Made by a program: the position numbers and the translations under genes. A stretch of 35,770 bases of DNA, taken from an uncultured bacterium. Lineage in GTDB: Bacteria > Gemmatimonadota > Gemmatimonadetes > JACCXV01 > JAHWKZ01. Below are positions 1-8,507 of the stretch, one piece after another. Where the stretch lies: NCBI GenBank assembly GCA_965365605.1, contig CBDUCI010000002.1:1-35770 (forward strand). Reading direction: 5' to 3'. The notes beneath the pieces were generated by a model. It made no database searches. It was not told the DNA's origin and saw nothing but the letters and a program-made list of their open reading frames with translations. Position 1 is the stretch's first letter. Each line of letters begins with the position of its first letter.

Positions 1-301
1 CCTGATCCAACAGCCACTCCGCGCCCCTCTCGGCCGCGCGTGCGTCGAGTCCGCTCAGCGCCAAGATCGCCAACGGCGTCGCCCAGCCAGTCAGATCGAC
101 GCTCGGCCATGGCGGCCAGGCGCCGTCAGGTCGTTGATGGGCGGTGAGCCACTCGACCCCGCGCGCCGCCGGAGCCGCAGACCCAGCTGCCAGAACAGCC
201 AGCGCAGTGGCTTCGGTCTGGCTCTGCCCGGATCCGTCGACGCTCCATCCGCCGTCGTCGTTCTGAGCTTCCAGCAGCGCGGTGTTTAGTCGGTTCGTCA
301 T
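1..301 (-). CDS. Partial CDS (N-terminal part, continues past left edge): prenyltransferase / squalene-cyclase-like repeat protein
   Basis: Hand translation of minus strand from ATG at 301..299: MTNRLNTALLEAQNDDGGWSVDGSGQSQTEATALAVLAAGSAAPAARGVEWLTAHQRPDGAWPPWPSVDLTGWATPLAILALSG... It stays open to position 1. Repeated Q/x-DG(G/A)W plus A-L-x-x-L motifs are typical of terpenoid-cyclase/prenyltransferase alpha-toroid repeats. Absent from the ORF track because it has no stop in the window. Confidence 0.5.
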   Translation of the reverse strand, partial: MTNRLNTALLEAQNDDGGWSVDGSGQSQTEATALAVLAAGSAAPAARGVEWLTAHQRPDGAWPPWPSVDLTGWATPLAILALSGLDARAAERGAEWLLDQ

Positions 302-359
302 CTCGCCGGTCCCGGCCATTGGCTCGACCCCGAGTCCAGTTTGCAAGTTCAGAGCCAGT

Positions 360-1490
360 TTACGCCAGTGCGCGTGCGATCGTGCCCCCGCCCAGCAGCC
401 GTTCGCCGGCGTAAAAGGCAGCCGACTGGCCAGGGGCCACCGAGCGCTGCGGGTGCACGAAACGGACCTCGGCCCGGCGACCAGGCAGCGGTATAATCTC
501 GGCTGGTGCCGGCTCGGACCGATACCGGATCTGGACGCGGGCGCAGAAAGGCTCGGTAGCCGGTTCGCTCAGCCAGTTCGTCTCCTCGGTCTCGAGCCCG
601 CGCTGGTACAACTCCTCCTTGGCTCCGACGATCAACGTATTCGAGTCTTCGATCGCGGTGACGTAGAGTGGCTCTTGAGCGGTCACGCCGAGCCCGCGCC
701 GCTGACCCACGGTGTAGAACCCGCTGCCAGCATGTGTGCCGACCCGCTCACCGCTCGCCATGCGGATGGTGCCGGGGGCGAAGCGATCACCGGCTGCCAC
801 TTCGGGGTGGGTTTCTTGATGGCGCGTGAGAAAACCGCGCAGATCACCATCGGGGATGAAGCAGATGTCCTGGCTCTCGGGCTTATCCGCGGTGGTAAAC
901 CCGAGCTCCTCGGCTCGCGCCCGTACCTCGGTCTTAGTCAGCTGACCGAGCGGAAAGAACGCCCGCTCGAGAAGCTGTGACGACAACCCCCACAGATAGA
1001 AGGTTTGATCCTTGCTCCGGTCGGTCGGGCGCCGTAGCTCGACGGGTCCTCCGTTTTCCGGCCGTATCGCGCGTGCGTAGTGGCCCGTTGCCACGCCGAC
1101 GGCACGCAACTGACGGGCCTTGCGCCACAATCCCGGAAAGCGGACCAGCCGGTTGCACCGAACGCACGGGTTGGGGGTTCGACCGGACGCGTACTCGGCC
1201 ACGAATGGATCCATGACCGCCTGGCGGAATGGGCCCTCGAAGTCGAGCACGTGGTGATCGATCTCGAGCGTTCGCGCCACACTGCGCGCATCCTCAATCG
1301 CCGACAACGAGCAGCACGCTGCATCGGCATACTCTTCCGGCACCTCGCTGTAGCAGAAGTTCTTCATCGTGATACCGACGACGTCGAGGCCCCGCTCGAC
1401 CAACATCGACGTCGCCACGCTCGAGTCGACCCCGCCGCTCATCGCCACTACGACCCGGGTGCCGGGCCTGAGATCTCGCCATGTGCCCAC
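360..1490 (-). CDS. mnmA: tRNA-specific 2-thiouridylase MnmA
   Basis: PP-loop motif VVVAMSGGVDSSV, conserved Cys-containing blocks (CCS...; NPCVRCN), and a length and C-terminal region typical of MnmA. The ORF is open to 1673, but residues before V62 fall in a ~29% GC intergenic stretch. GTG at 1490 has GGTAGG 9 nt upstream, so the start is placed there (uncertain). Confidence 0.85.
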   Translation of the reverse strand: MGTWRDLRPGTRVVVAMSGGVDSSVATSMLVERGLDVVGITMKNFCYSEVPEEYADAACCSLSAIEDARSVARTLEIDHHVLDFEGPFRQAVMDPFVAEYASGRTPNPCVRCNRLVRFPGLWRKARQLRAVGVATGHYARAIRPENGGPVELRRPTDRSKDQTFYLWGLSSQLLERAFFPLGQLTKTEVRARAEELGFTTADKPESQDICFIPDGDLRGFLTRHQETHPEVAAGDRFAPGTIRMASGERVGTHAGSGFYTVGQRRGLGVTAQEPLYVTAIEDSNTLIVGAKEELYQRGLETEETNWLSEPATEPFCARVQIRYRSEPAPAEIIPLPGRRAEVRFVHPQRSVAPGQSAAFYAGERLLGGGTIARALA

Positions 1491-1783
1491 CCGTTTCAAC
1501 CTACCGTGGCCTCGTGTAGCTCGCACCGGTGAGGCGGGCTGCAGCCCCCCGCCGCCGTGAACAGATCGACCCGAGTGGGGCAATCTTTTTCCCACCTGTG
1601 GAAAGAAAATACACATGTTAATGTAAGTTTCTTCCCCAAATTGAAAAATATTACCATAATTCTTGATCGACATTCACTGTTCGCGTACAGTGAGACACCC
1701 CCCGAGGAAAACTGTTTGAGGCGACAGCAAAACCGGTCCAGGGAGAGTCGGAAACCGTCGCCCGTGGAAAAACGGAGGGAGTA

Positions 1784-2233
1784 ATGAAGGCAGGTCGATT
1801 CAATTGCCAACGCGGACAGACGATGATCGAGTTCGCGATGGTCATCCCGATCGTGGTGCTCCTCTTCATGGGGATCTTCGATTTCTCGCGCTTCTTTTAC
1901 ACCCGGTTGACGCTCCAGCACGCCGTTCACGAGGCGACGCGCTTCGCCGTGACGGGAGCCGCGCTTGACGACGCCCAGGGCAACACGATGACCCGGGCGG
2001 AGTCGATCAAGAGCGTGATCACGAGAGAAGCGACCGCGCTCGACCTCGACGTCGATCAACTCATCATCGATCCGGCCGACGGTGGGGGCCCGACCGAAAT
2101 CGTGACCGTCACCGGGAACTTCGAGTTTCACTTCGTGACCCCCGGTGTCAGCGTGTTCTTTCCCAGCGGCAAGTATGACTTCACGGTCGCGACGTCGATG
2201 AAGAACGAGCCATTCCTAAACGGTGGCCCGTGA
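1784..2233 (+). CDS. tadE: TadE-like Flp minor pilin / pseudopilin (module A, gene 1)
   Basis: N-terminus QRGQTMIEFAMVIPIVVLLFMGIFDFSRFFY is the TadE-type signature (basic residues, G, then xxxE-F/A hydrophobic helix). About 150 aa. SD-like GGAGGGAG lies just upstream. Paralog of 4316..4774. Confidence 0.8.
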   Translation: MKAGRFNCQRGQTMIEFAMVIPIVVLLFMGIFDFSRFFYTRLTLQHAVHEATRFAVTGAALDDAQGNTMTRAESIKSVITREATALDLDVDQLIIDPADGGGPTEIVTVTGNFEFHFVTPGVSVFFPSGKYDFTVATSMKNEPFLNGGP

Positions 2234-2752
2234 GTGATTCTCGATCGGGTGGGAAACACGGGTCGAAGGACGGGGTCGCAAAGCGGGACGGCGACAGTCG
2301 AGGCCGCGCTCATGACGACGTTGTTGTTATTGGTCTTTCTCGGCGTCATCGAGTTTGGGAACGCGATCAGCGTAGACCATACGATCACGAGCTTGAGCCG
2401 CGAGGGGGCCAATATCGCCGCTCGCGGGTCGACGCTCCCGGACGCGATTCAAACCGTCTCCGACAACGGTGGGTCGATCAAGTTGTCTTCACGCGGCGGG
2501 GTGATCGGAACACGACTCGTTGTTACCGGCGGCGTACCGATGGTCGCGGAGCAGGCGGCGAGCACCGGCTACGCGAGCGTGAGCCGGATCGGAGCGGTCG
2601 GGGACCCGGTACCATCATTGGCCACATTGGGCCTTCAAGAAGGCCAACAGATTCACGTTGTCGAGATCTTCTACGACTATCAACAGATGACGCCGCTCGG
2701 GAAACTGATCCCGGCGATTCCAGGCACACTGTACACCCGAGCGGTCTTCTAG
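2234..2752 (+). CDS. TadE/TadF-like Flp minor pilin (module A, gene 2)
   Basis: GTATVEAALMTTLLLLVFLGVIEFGNAI N-terminal TadE-type helix. GTG start abuts the stop of the upstream gene. Paralog of 4752..5255. Confidence 0.75.
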   Translation: MILDRVGNTGRRTGSQSGTATVEAALMTTLLLLVFLGVIEFGNAISVDHTITSLSREGANIAARGSTLPDAIQTVSDNGGSIKLSSRGGVIGTRLVVTGGVPMVAEQAASTGYASVSRIGAVGDPVPSLATLGLQEGQQIHVVEIFYDYQQMTPLGKLIPAIPGTLYTRAVF

Positions 2753-2786
2753 CAGCCCGGGACAACGGAGGAAAGAGGAACGAAGA

Positions 2787-3968
2787 ATGAAGATAGGTTT
2801 CTGGCATCGAGTGATTGGCAACGAACGGGGAACGGTGTTGGCGTTTGTCGCCGTGAGCCTGGTCGGACTCCTTGGGATGGCCGGCCTGGCGCTCGATTCG
2901 GGGCGCGCTTACGTCGCGCGCGCCGAGTTGGCGCGTGCGGTGGATGCGGCTGCGCTGGGCGGCGCTGCGGCGCTGCGCCAAAGCCAGGCCGATGCCGAGC
3001 GGAGGATCATAGCGCTCGCCAGGGCCAACGGAGTCGATCCGGCTTTGCTCAACTACTCGTTTGGTGTCAACGCTGAAGGTGAGAATACCGTCTCGGTCAG
3101 CGCCAGCGAGGTCGTGCCGACGACCTTCATGCGCGTTCTCGGGCGCGATCAGGTTGGTGTGGTGGCAGCCGCAGAGGCGACCGTCCCGCCTCTCGACCTC
3201 GTGCTGGTATTGGATCAGTCGGGCTCGATCGCTCGCGAGGGCGCATGGGACGACCTGCAGAGTGCGGCCAAGGATTTTATCGACAATTTCAGCGAGTCGA
3301 TCGACCAGGTCGGGTTGGTCTCGTTCCAGGTCCGAGCCGGCCAACACGTTCCGCTCAGCCAGCCATTTCGGAGCAACATCCGGGCGGCGATCGACGGTAT
3401 GACGTCGGTCGGCGACACCAACACCGGCGAGGGGTTGAGGCTCGGTAAGGAGACGCTCGACACCGGTCCGACCCGGAATCGCTCGGTCCGGGTAGTGGTG
3501 TTCTTCACCGACGGTCGGCCAACGGCGTTTCGTGGAATGGTCAACGGCGAGGATCGCGCGGTGGCCGTCTCGACCCGCATCACCGGCAAGGTGCGCGGCT
3601 ACTTCGACGACCCCGACACCCTGCCACTCGATGCGCTGGCGCGCGCCGACGGATGCGGCTGGGTTTCATCGTGCTTCGGTTTGACTGAGGACACTGTCCG
3701 CACTCTCGGCCGCACCAACGGGCGGCAACAGGCCGATCGGATCCGCAGCGACGATATCTATCTGTTCACGATCGGTCTCGGGAACCCCAACAACCCGGAT
3801 CCGATCCTGACCCCGGACATGGACTACCTGCGCGAGCTGGCGAACGAGGACGGCGTCACCGATCCCAGCCAACCCAAAGGGAGTGCGTACTTCGCGCCCA
3901 CCGCAGCCGAACTCGACGATGTGTTCCAAGCCGTGGCCCAGGACATCCTGGTCCGGCTGAGCAAGTAA
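2787..3968 (+). CDS. tadG: TadG-like pilus protein with C-terminal von Willebrand factor A domain (module A, gene 3)
   Basis: N-terminal TadG-type helix ERGTVLAFVAVSLVGLLGMAGLALDSGRAY plus AVDAAALGGA block. vWA MIDAS residues are all present: DLVLVLDQSGSI (DxSxS), GDTNTGEG (T), VVFFTDGRPT (D). Strong SD GGAGGAAAGAGGAA upstream. Confidence 0.85.
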   Translation: MKIGFWHRVIGNERGTVLAFVAVSLVGLLGMAGLALDSGRAYVARAELARAVDAAALGGAAALRQSQADAERRIIALARANGVDPALLNYSFGVNAEGENTVSVSASEVVPTTFMRVLGRDQVGVVAAAEATVPPLDLVLVLDQSGSIAREGAWDDLQSAAKDFIDNFSESIDQVGLVSFQVRAGQHVPLSQPFRSNIRAAIDGMTSVGDTNTGEGLRLGKETLDTGPTRNRSVRVVVFFTDGRPTAFRGMVNGEDRAVAVSTRITGKVRGYFDDPDTLPLDALARADGCGWVSSCFGLTEDTVRTLGRTNGRQQADRIRSDDIYLFTIGLGNPNNPDPILTPDMDYLRELANEDGVTDPSQPKGSAYFAPTAAELDDVFQAVAQDILVRLSK

Positions 3969-3999
3969 CCCAGGCCTCCCCCGTTTCTCCCTCCCTCCA

Positions 4000-4030
4000 G
4001 GCGCGGTCGGTCCCCGGGACTGGCCGCGCC
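4000..4030 (+). terminator. GC-rich hairpin after module A tadG (possible terminator, no U-tract)
   Basis: GGCGCGG ... CCGCGCC 7-bp stem with a 17-nt partly self-pairing loop, 32 nt after the stop at 3968. Confidence 0.3.
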
Positions 4031-4231
4031 GCCCTCCAATTGCAGGTCGCGTTTTGCAAGACCAGTCGTAAGAAACGGTATGAGATGGGCCAATGGTTTC
4101 TCCGACCCATCGGTCAGTGGTCTTGCGGTACCTCCCGGTCGGAACGCTTTGTCCGCGTCGACAGAATTCCGTTTCCAAGATTGTACCCCTTTTACGAGAA
4201 ATCGGAAAAACCTGTCAAAACAACCGACAAG

Positions 4232-4247
4232 TGGTACACACTCTGCA
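4232..4247 (+). promoter_or_regulatory. Weaker sigma-54-like -24/-12 element upstream of minor-pilin module B
   Basis: TGGTACAcactCTGCA. GG/GC spacing is canonical and 9 of 12 defined positions match. It lies 69 nt before ATG 4316. A match of this quality could arise by chance. Confidence 0.35.
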
Positions 4248-4315
4248 CATTCAGGAAGCCGTAATCACCGGGCGAGAAGGCCCTTAGAGAACTCATTCGA
4301 AGCGAGACTAGATAG

Positions 4316-4774
4316 ATGATAAAACTACGGAATTTGAGCCGGCTCTATCATGGCAGACGGGGCAGCACAGTCTTGGAGTTGGCGCTTGCCATCCCGGTCG
4401 TGATGGTCCTGTTCATGGGGATCTTCGAGTTCGGACGCCTCTTCTACGCTCGGGTGACGATGCAGCACGCGATCGCCGAGGCGGCGCGGTTCGCCGTGAC
4501 CGGGGGCACGCTCGATGACGATCAGGGTAACCCGCTGACCCGCGCACAATCAATTGTAGCGGTAATCAAGCGACAAGCGATCGCGCTCGACATTGACGTC
4601 GACAACCTGTCGATCGATCCGCCCGATGGCGGGGGCCCGTCACAAGTCGTCACCGTCAGCGGAAACTTCAGTTACGATTTCGTCACTCCGGGGATCAACA
4701 AGGTGTTTCCGAATGGCGAATACACGTTCACCGTTTCGACGTCGTTGAAGAATGAACCGTTTTTCCAGAGCTAG
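4316..4774 (+). CDS. tadE: TadE-like Flp minor pilin (module B, gene 1)
   Basis: RRGSTVLELALAIPVVMVLFMGIFEFGRLFY. Collinear with 1784..2233 along its whole length (roughly 60% identity by eye). Confidence 0.8.
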   Translation: MIKLRNLSRLYHGRRGSTVLELALAIPVVMVLFMGIFEFGRLFYARVTMQHAIAEAARFAVTGGTLDDDQGNPLTRAQSIVAVIKRQAIALDIDVDNLSIDPPDGGGPSQVVTVSGNFSYDFVTPGINKVFPNGEYTFTVSTSLKNEPFFQS

Positions 4775-5255
4775 AAGCGAGCGCGGAAACGCGCTGATCG
4801 AGACCGTCCTCGTGTCGATGATCCTGTTGGGCATGGTGCTCGGGATCGTCGAGTTCGGGACCGCGCTCAGTCGCGAACACACGCTGACGAGTCTGAGCCG
4901 CGAGGGCGCCAACCTAGCCGCCCGAGGCTCGTCGCTGGGTGAATCGGTCAACGTCGTGATAACCAACGGCAGCAGCATCAACCTTTCCAGCCAGGGGGGT
5001 GCGATTGCGACGCAGATCGTCATGACCGGCGGTGCGCCACTGATTGTCGGTCAAGCCGCTAGCACCGGCTACGATGGGTTGAGCCAGGTCGGCAACGTCG
5101 GCGACACCGCCACCGGTATGGACGACTGGGGTCTGGTGGAAGGCCAGAGCGTCCACACCATGGAGGTGTTCTACAACTACAACCAGATAACGCCGTTCGG
5201 GAACTTGATGGGTGTGCTGGTGCCCACCCAGCTCTACGAACGCGCGGTCTTCTAG
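4752..5255 (+). CDS. TadE/TadF-like Flp minor pilin (module B, gene 2)
   Basis: ERGNALIETVLVSMILLGMVLGIVEFGTAL. Collinear with 2234..2752, including the shared LTSLSREGAN(I/L)AARGS block. 23-nt overlap with the upstream gene. Confidence 0.75.
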   Translation: MNRFSRARSERGNALIETVLVSMILLGMVLGIVEFGTALSREHTLTSLSREGANLAARGSSLGESVNVVITNGSSINLSSQGGAIATQIVMTGGAPLIVGQAASTGYDGLSQVGNVGDTATGMDDWGLVEGQSVHTMEVFYNYNQITPFGNLMGVLVPTQLYERAVF

Positions 5256-5299
5256 TGTCTCTAACGGGTCGCCCCCGCACCCCTATGGCAGGAGGTAAC

Positions 5300-6472
5300 A
5301 TGCTACAACTGATACGAAACCGACGGGGGGCGATCATCGCTATGGTGGCGATCAGCCTGGTGGCGATCCTCGGCATCGGCGGTTTGGCGCTCGACGGCGC
5401 CCGCGCGTACGTGACGCGCGCCCAGCTGTCACGAGCCGTCGATGCGGCCGCATTGGCCGGAGCGGCATCGCTACGGTTGGGACGAGCGACGGCTCGGCAG
5501 CGGATCGAGTCGTTGGCCGTGGCCAACGGCGTCGACCCGACGCAGCTGAACATCAACTTTGGTGTGAACGAGCAGGGTGAAAACACCGTGTTGGTGTCGG
5601 CCAACCGGATCATGCCGACGACGTTCATGCGGGTGTTGGGTCAGACCCAGGTCGACGTCGGATCGGTTGCCGAGGCGACGGTTCCGCCACTCGATATCGT
5701 GCTGGTCTTGGATCAGTCGGGGTCACTGAAATCGATGGGCGCGTGGGATGATCTGCAGAAGGCCGCTCGCGGATTCGTCGATCACTTCGACGACAACATC
5801 GATCAGATGGGCTTGGTGTCGTTCCAGCTGCGGGCGACCGACCGATTCATGCTGAGCCAACCCTTTGTCGGACAAGTGAAGGCAGAGATCAACGGGATCA
5901 CCTCGGACGGCGATACGAACACCGGTGAGGGGCTAAGGCTGGCGCTCAACCAGATGCAAACCGGTCCAGTCCGCGAACGCTCGGTGCGCGTGGTGGTGTT
6001 CTTCACCGACGGTCGTCCGACCGCGTTTCGCGGGGACATTAATAGCCAGGACCGTATGATGGCGGTCTTTACCACTTCCAAGGGCGGCAAAATGCGCGGC
6101 TACTTCGACGACCCCGATGGGCTGCCGAGCGATGGCATTATTTCTCCCGATGGCTGTAGAGGGCAGATCTCGCCGTGCTTCGGCTGGACCGAGCCGACGA
6201 TCCGCGACGAGGCCAAGGATTTGGGCATTCAGTGGGCCGAAGCGACTCGCAGCGATGGCGTCTTTCTGTTCACGATCGGGTTGGGCAACCCCAATGCCGC
6301 AGATCCACTGCTGGTCCCGGATAGTGATTACCTGAGGTACTTGGCCAACGAGGATGGCGTGGCCAATGCGAGCCAGCCCCAAGGATCGTATTACTTCGCG
6401 CCCACCGAAGCCGAGCTCGATAACGTTTTCAACGCGGTCGCCCAGGACATTTTGGTGCGCCTGACCCAGTAA
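5300..6472 (+). CDS. tadG: TadG-like pilus protein with vWA domain (module B, gene 3)
   Basis: Collinear with 2787..3968 (roughly 65% identity by eye). MIDAS DIVLVLDQSGSL, GDTNTGEG, VVFFTDGRPT. The ORF is open from GTG 5255, but ATG 5300 is preceded by a perfect AGGAGG (5290-5295), so it is preferred as the start. Confidence 0.85.
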   Translation: MLQLIRNRRGAIIAMVAISLVAILGIGGLALDGARAYVTRAQLSRAVDAAALAGAASLRLGRATARQRIESLAVANGVDPTQLNINFGVNEQGENTVLVSANRIMPTTFMRVLGQTQVDVGSVAEATVPPLDIVLVLDQSGSLKSMGAWDDLQKAARGFVDHFDDNIDQMGLVSFQLRATDRFMLSQPFVGQVKAEINGITSDGDTNTGEGLRLALNQMQTGPVRERSVRVVVFFTDGRPTAFRGDINSQDRMMAVFTTSKGGKMRGYFDDPDGLPSDGIISPDGCRGQISPCFGWTEPTIRDEAKDLGIQWAEATRSDGVFLFTIGLGNPNAADPLLVPDSDYLRYLANEDGVANASQPQGSYYFAPTEAELDNVFNAVAQDILVRLTQ

Positions 6473-6507
6473 GCCAGCCCACCGGCGCACAGCGACCGCA
6501 GTTACGG

Positions 6508-6546
6508 GGCGCGATCGGGAAACCGGTCGCGCCTTCTTATTTGTTG
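6508..6546 (+). terminator. Intrinsic terminator after module B tadG, at the convergent junction with the ABC ATPase gene
   Basis: GGCGCGATCGG-GAAA-CCGGTCGCGCC (11-bp stem with one G:U, GNRA-type loop) followed by TTCTTATTTGTTG. Confidence 0.6.
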
Positions 6547-7275
6547 CTAGGAGACCGAGTTCGCCTTGGTCGGTGCCGGACGCCGCGTATCGCGCTCGAT
6601 GCGACCATCCAATAGGTGTACCTCGCGGTTGGCGTGAGCGGCGATATCGGTTTCGTGGGTGACGAGCAGGATCGTGTTCCCCTCGCCGTGCAAGCGGTCC
6701 ATGACCACCATGATCTCGGAGCTCGTCCTCGAGTCCAGGTTGCCCGTTGGCTCGTCGGCGAGAATGATCGAGGGGCGATTGACGAGCGCTCTGGCTATCG
6801 CGACACGCTGCCGCTGTCCGCCGGATAGCTCGCTGGGGCGATGGTCAGCTCTGTCCTCGAGATCGACCGCTCGAAGTGCCGCACGAGCCATCTCGATACG
6901 CTGCTCCGACGGCCTCCCGCCGTACACCAAGGGGAGCTCGACATTCCTCAGCGCGGTCGCCCGCGGCAGCAAGTTGAAGGTCTGGAACACGAACCCGATC
7001 TCGTGGTTGCGCACGAACGCCAGCTCGTCGTCATCGAGCTGGCTCACTTCGCGTCCGTTGAGCCAATACTGGCCGCCGGTCGGTGTGTCGAGACAACCGA
7101 TCAAGTTCATAAGCGTCGACTTGCCGGACCCCGAGGGGCCCATGATCGCCATGTACTCGTTCCGCTCGACGTCCAGATCGACGCCGTCCAGCGCGTGAAT
7201 CTCTTCGGTGCCCATTTGGTAGTACTTGGTCAAGCCTCGCACCTTGATTAGCGCCTGATCGGAGCTCTCGGTCAC
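6547..7275 (-). CDS. ABC transporter ATP-binding protein, MacB/LolD-type (ATPase only)
   Basis: Walker [11 protein letters not shown]-loop FQTFNLL, signature LSGGQRQR, Walker [14 protein letters not shown]-loop LVTHE. 242 aa with no transmembrane domain. Confidence 0.9.
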   Translation of the reverse strand: MTESSDQALIKVRGLTKYYQMGTEEIHALDGVDLDVERNEYMAIMGPSGSGKSTLMNLIGCLDTPTGGQYWLNGREVSQLDDDELAFVRNHEIGFVFQTFNLLPRATALRNVELPLVYGGRPSEQRIEMARAALRAVDLEDRADHRPSELSGGQRQRVAIARALVNRPSIILADEPTGNLDSRTSSEIMVVMDRLHGEGNTILLVTHETDIAAHANREVHLLDGRIERDTRRPAPTKANSVS

Positions 7276-8507
7276 GACTCGTCGTCTTCCTGGCGTTCGA
7301 TCTTGACGGTGTCGCCGTCTGACAGATCCCGCAACGCCTGATAGCTACCGCTCACCACTTGGTCGCTCTCGTCGAGACCGCTCCGGACCTCGAAGTAACG
7401 CTCGCCGCTGATCCCGACGCGTACGGGAGCGAAACGCACCGTTCCGTCGCGCACAACGAACACACCCTCGCGTTCGACAACGCCGTCTGACCCGGCAGCG
7501 TCATCGGCCATCGATCGCACGACCAATGATTGGATCGGTATCGTCAACACGTTCTCGCGTTCGGCGGTGACGATCTCCGACGAGCACGACAGCCCCGACT
7601 GCGCACTCGGCAGTCTGTCGTCCAGCGTCACCACGACCTCGAAATCGGTCGAGTCGTCGGCCGGGCCGCTCGCGGTGGCCACGATCTTCGGGCTGGTGCC
7701 GACCTCGGTCACATGGCCGATGAATGTCGTATCGGGGAACGCATCGACGGTGACCTCGGCCGTCTGACCGACCTCTAGGTCGACGACGTCGGTCTCATCG
7801 ACATCGATCGTCGCCTCCATGACCGCCATATCGGCGATGACGAGCAATACCGTTCCGGGCTGGTTCATCGTGCCGATCATCGCCACCTCGCCCGGCTCGA
7901 CGTTAACCCGCGTCACGACTCCGTCGATCGGGCTGGTGATCGTGACCTGGCTCAGGTCGTGTTTCGCGCTGCGGAGCATCGCCTCGTTTTGTCGGATACG
8001 GTTCTTGGCCGCATCGACCGCGGCGCGGCGAGCCCGGAGCTCGGCCCGGGCGGCGTCGAGCTCGGCACGCGGGATGAGATCGGCATCGGCCAGCCGGCGC
8101 TTGCGGTCGAACTCCTCGGTGGCGAAAGCAAGTTGCGCCTCAGCGGAGGCGAGATCGGCGCGCGCGACTCCGACCGCGGCCTCCTGCCCACTGGCGCCGG
8201 CAGCGACGTTTACCGGATCGAGCTGCAAAAGGAAATCACCCGTCTTGACGCGTTGACCCTCGGTGACGTCGACCCGGACGACCTCGCCCGAGGTCGTCGC
8301 GCTGATCGATACCGAGTGCTTTGGCTCGAGCGTGCCGCTGGCGCTGACGACGGCGGTCAAGTCGCGCCTGACGACCGGCTCGACTTCAATCGCGGTGCTC
8401 TTGTCGCGACGGCTCAACACGGCCACCGCTACGAGCGCCACAATGACGACACCGCCAGCCAGGATGAGCCACTTCCTATCGGGACGCTTCATCTCGGGAC
8501 GCTTCAT
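7272..8507 (-). CDS. Efflux periplasmic adaptor (membrane fusion protein, MacA/HlyD family)
   Basis: N-terminal anchor [20 protein letters not shown] long coiled-coil hairpin ([21 protein letters not shown]...[23 protein letters not shown]) is flanked by lipoyl/beta-barrel-like segments. 4-nt overlaps with both neighbours. Confidence 0.85.
   Translation of the reverse strand: MKRPEMKRPDRKWLILAGGVVIVALVAVAVLSRRDKSTAIEVEPVVRRDLTAVVSASGTLEPKHSVSISATTSGEVVRVDVTEGQRVKTGDFLLQLDPVNVAAGASGQEAAVGVARADLASAEAQLAFATEEFDRKRRLADADLIPRAELDAARAELRARRAAVDAAKNRIRQNEAMLRSAKHDLSQVTITSPIDGVVTRVNVEPGEVAMIGTMNQPGTVLLVIADMAVMEATIDVDETDVVDLEVGQTAEVTVDAFPDTTFIGHVTEVGTSPKIVATASGPADDSTDFEVVVTLDDRLPSAQSGLSCSSEIVTAERENVLTIPIQSLVVRSMADDAAGSDGVVEREGVFVVRDGTVRFAPVRVGISGERYFEVRSGLDESDQVVSGSYQALRDLSDGDTVKIERQEDDES
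8478..8507 (-). repeat. 15-bp tandem duplication spanning the adaptor-gene start codon
   Basis: Plus strand ATCGGGACGCTTCAT / CTCGGGACGCTTCAT (14 of 15 identical). On the coding strand this gives ATGAAGCGTCCCGAG ATGAAGCGTCCCGAT, i.e. [10 protein letters not shown]. Confidence 0.9.

Noticed and set aside
341-346. An isolated TTGCAA hexamer downstream of mnmA, considered as another copy of the palindrome half-site.
   Set aside because: A single palindromic hexamer is expected a few times by chance in 36 kb. It has no partner half-site and no associated promoter.
4040-4319. Small ORFs (74-79 aa) in the 347-bp gap between the two minor-pilin modules, and the 98-aa minus ORF at 13879-14175 in the flp1 upstream region.
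   Set aside because: They have no motifs, no SD and atypical composition, and they overlap each other in different frames. These gaps are better explained as regulatory DNA (hairpin, candidate promoters, palindrome).
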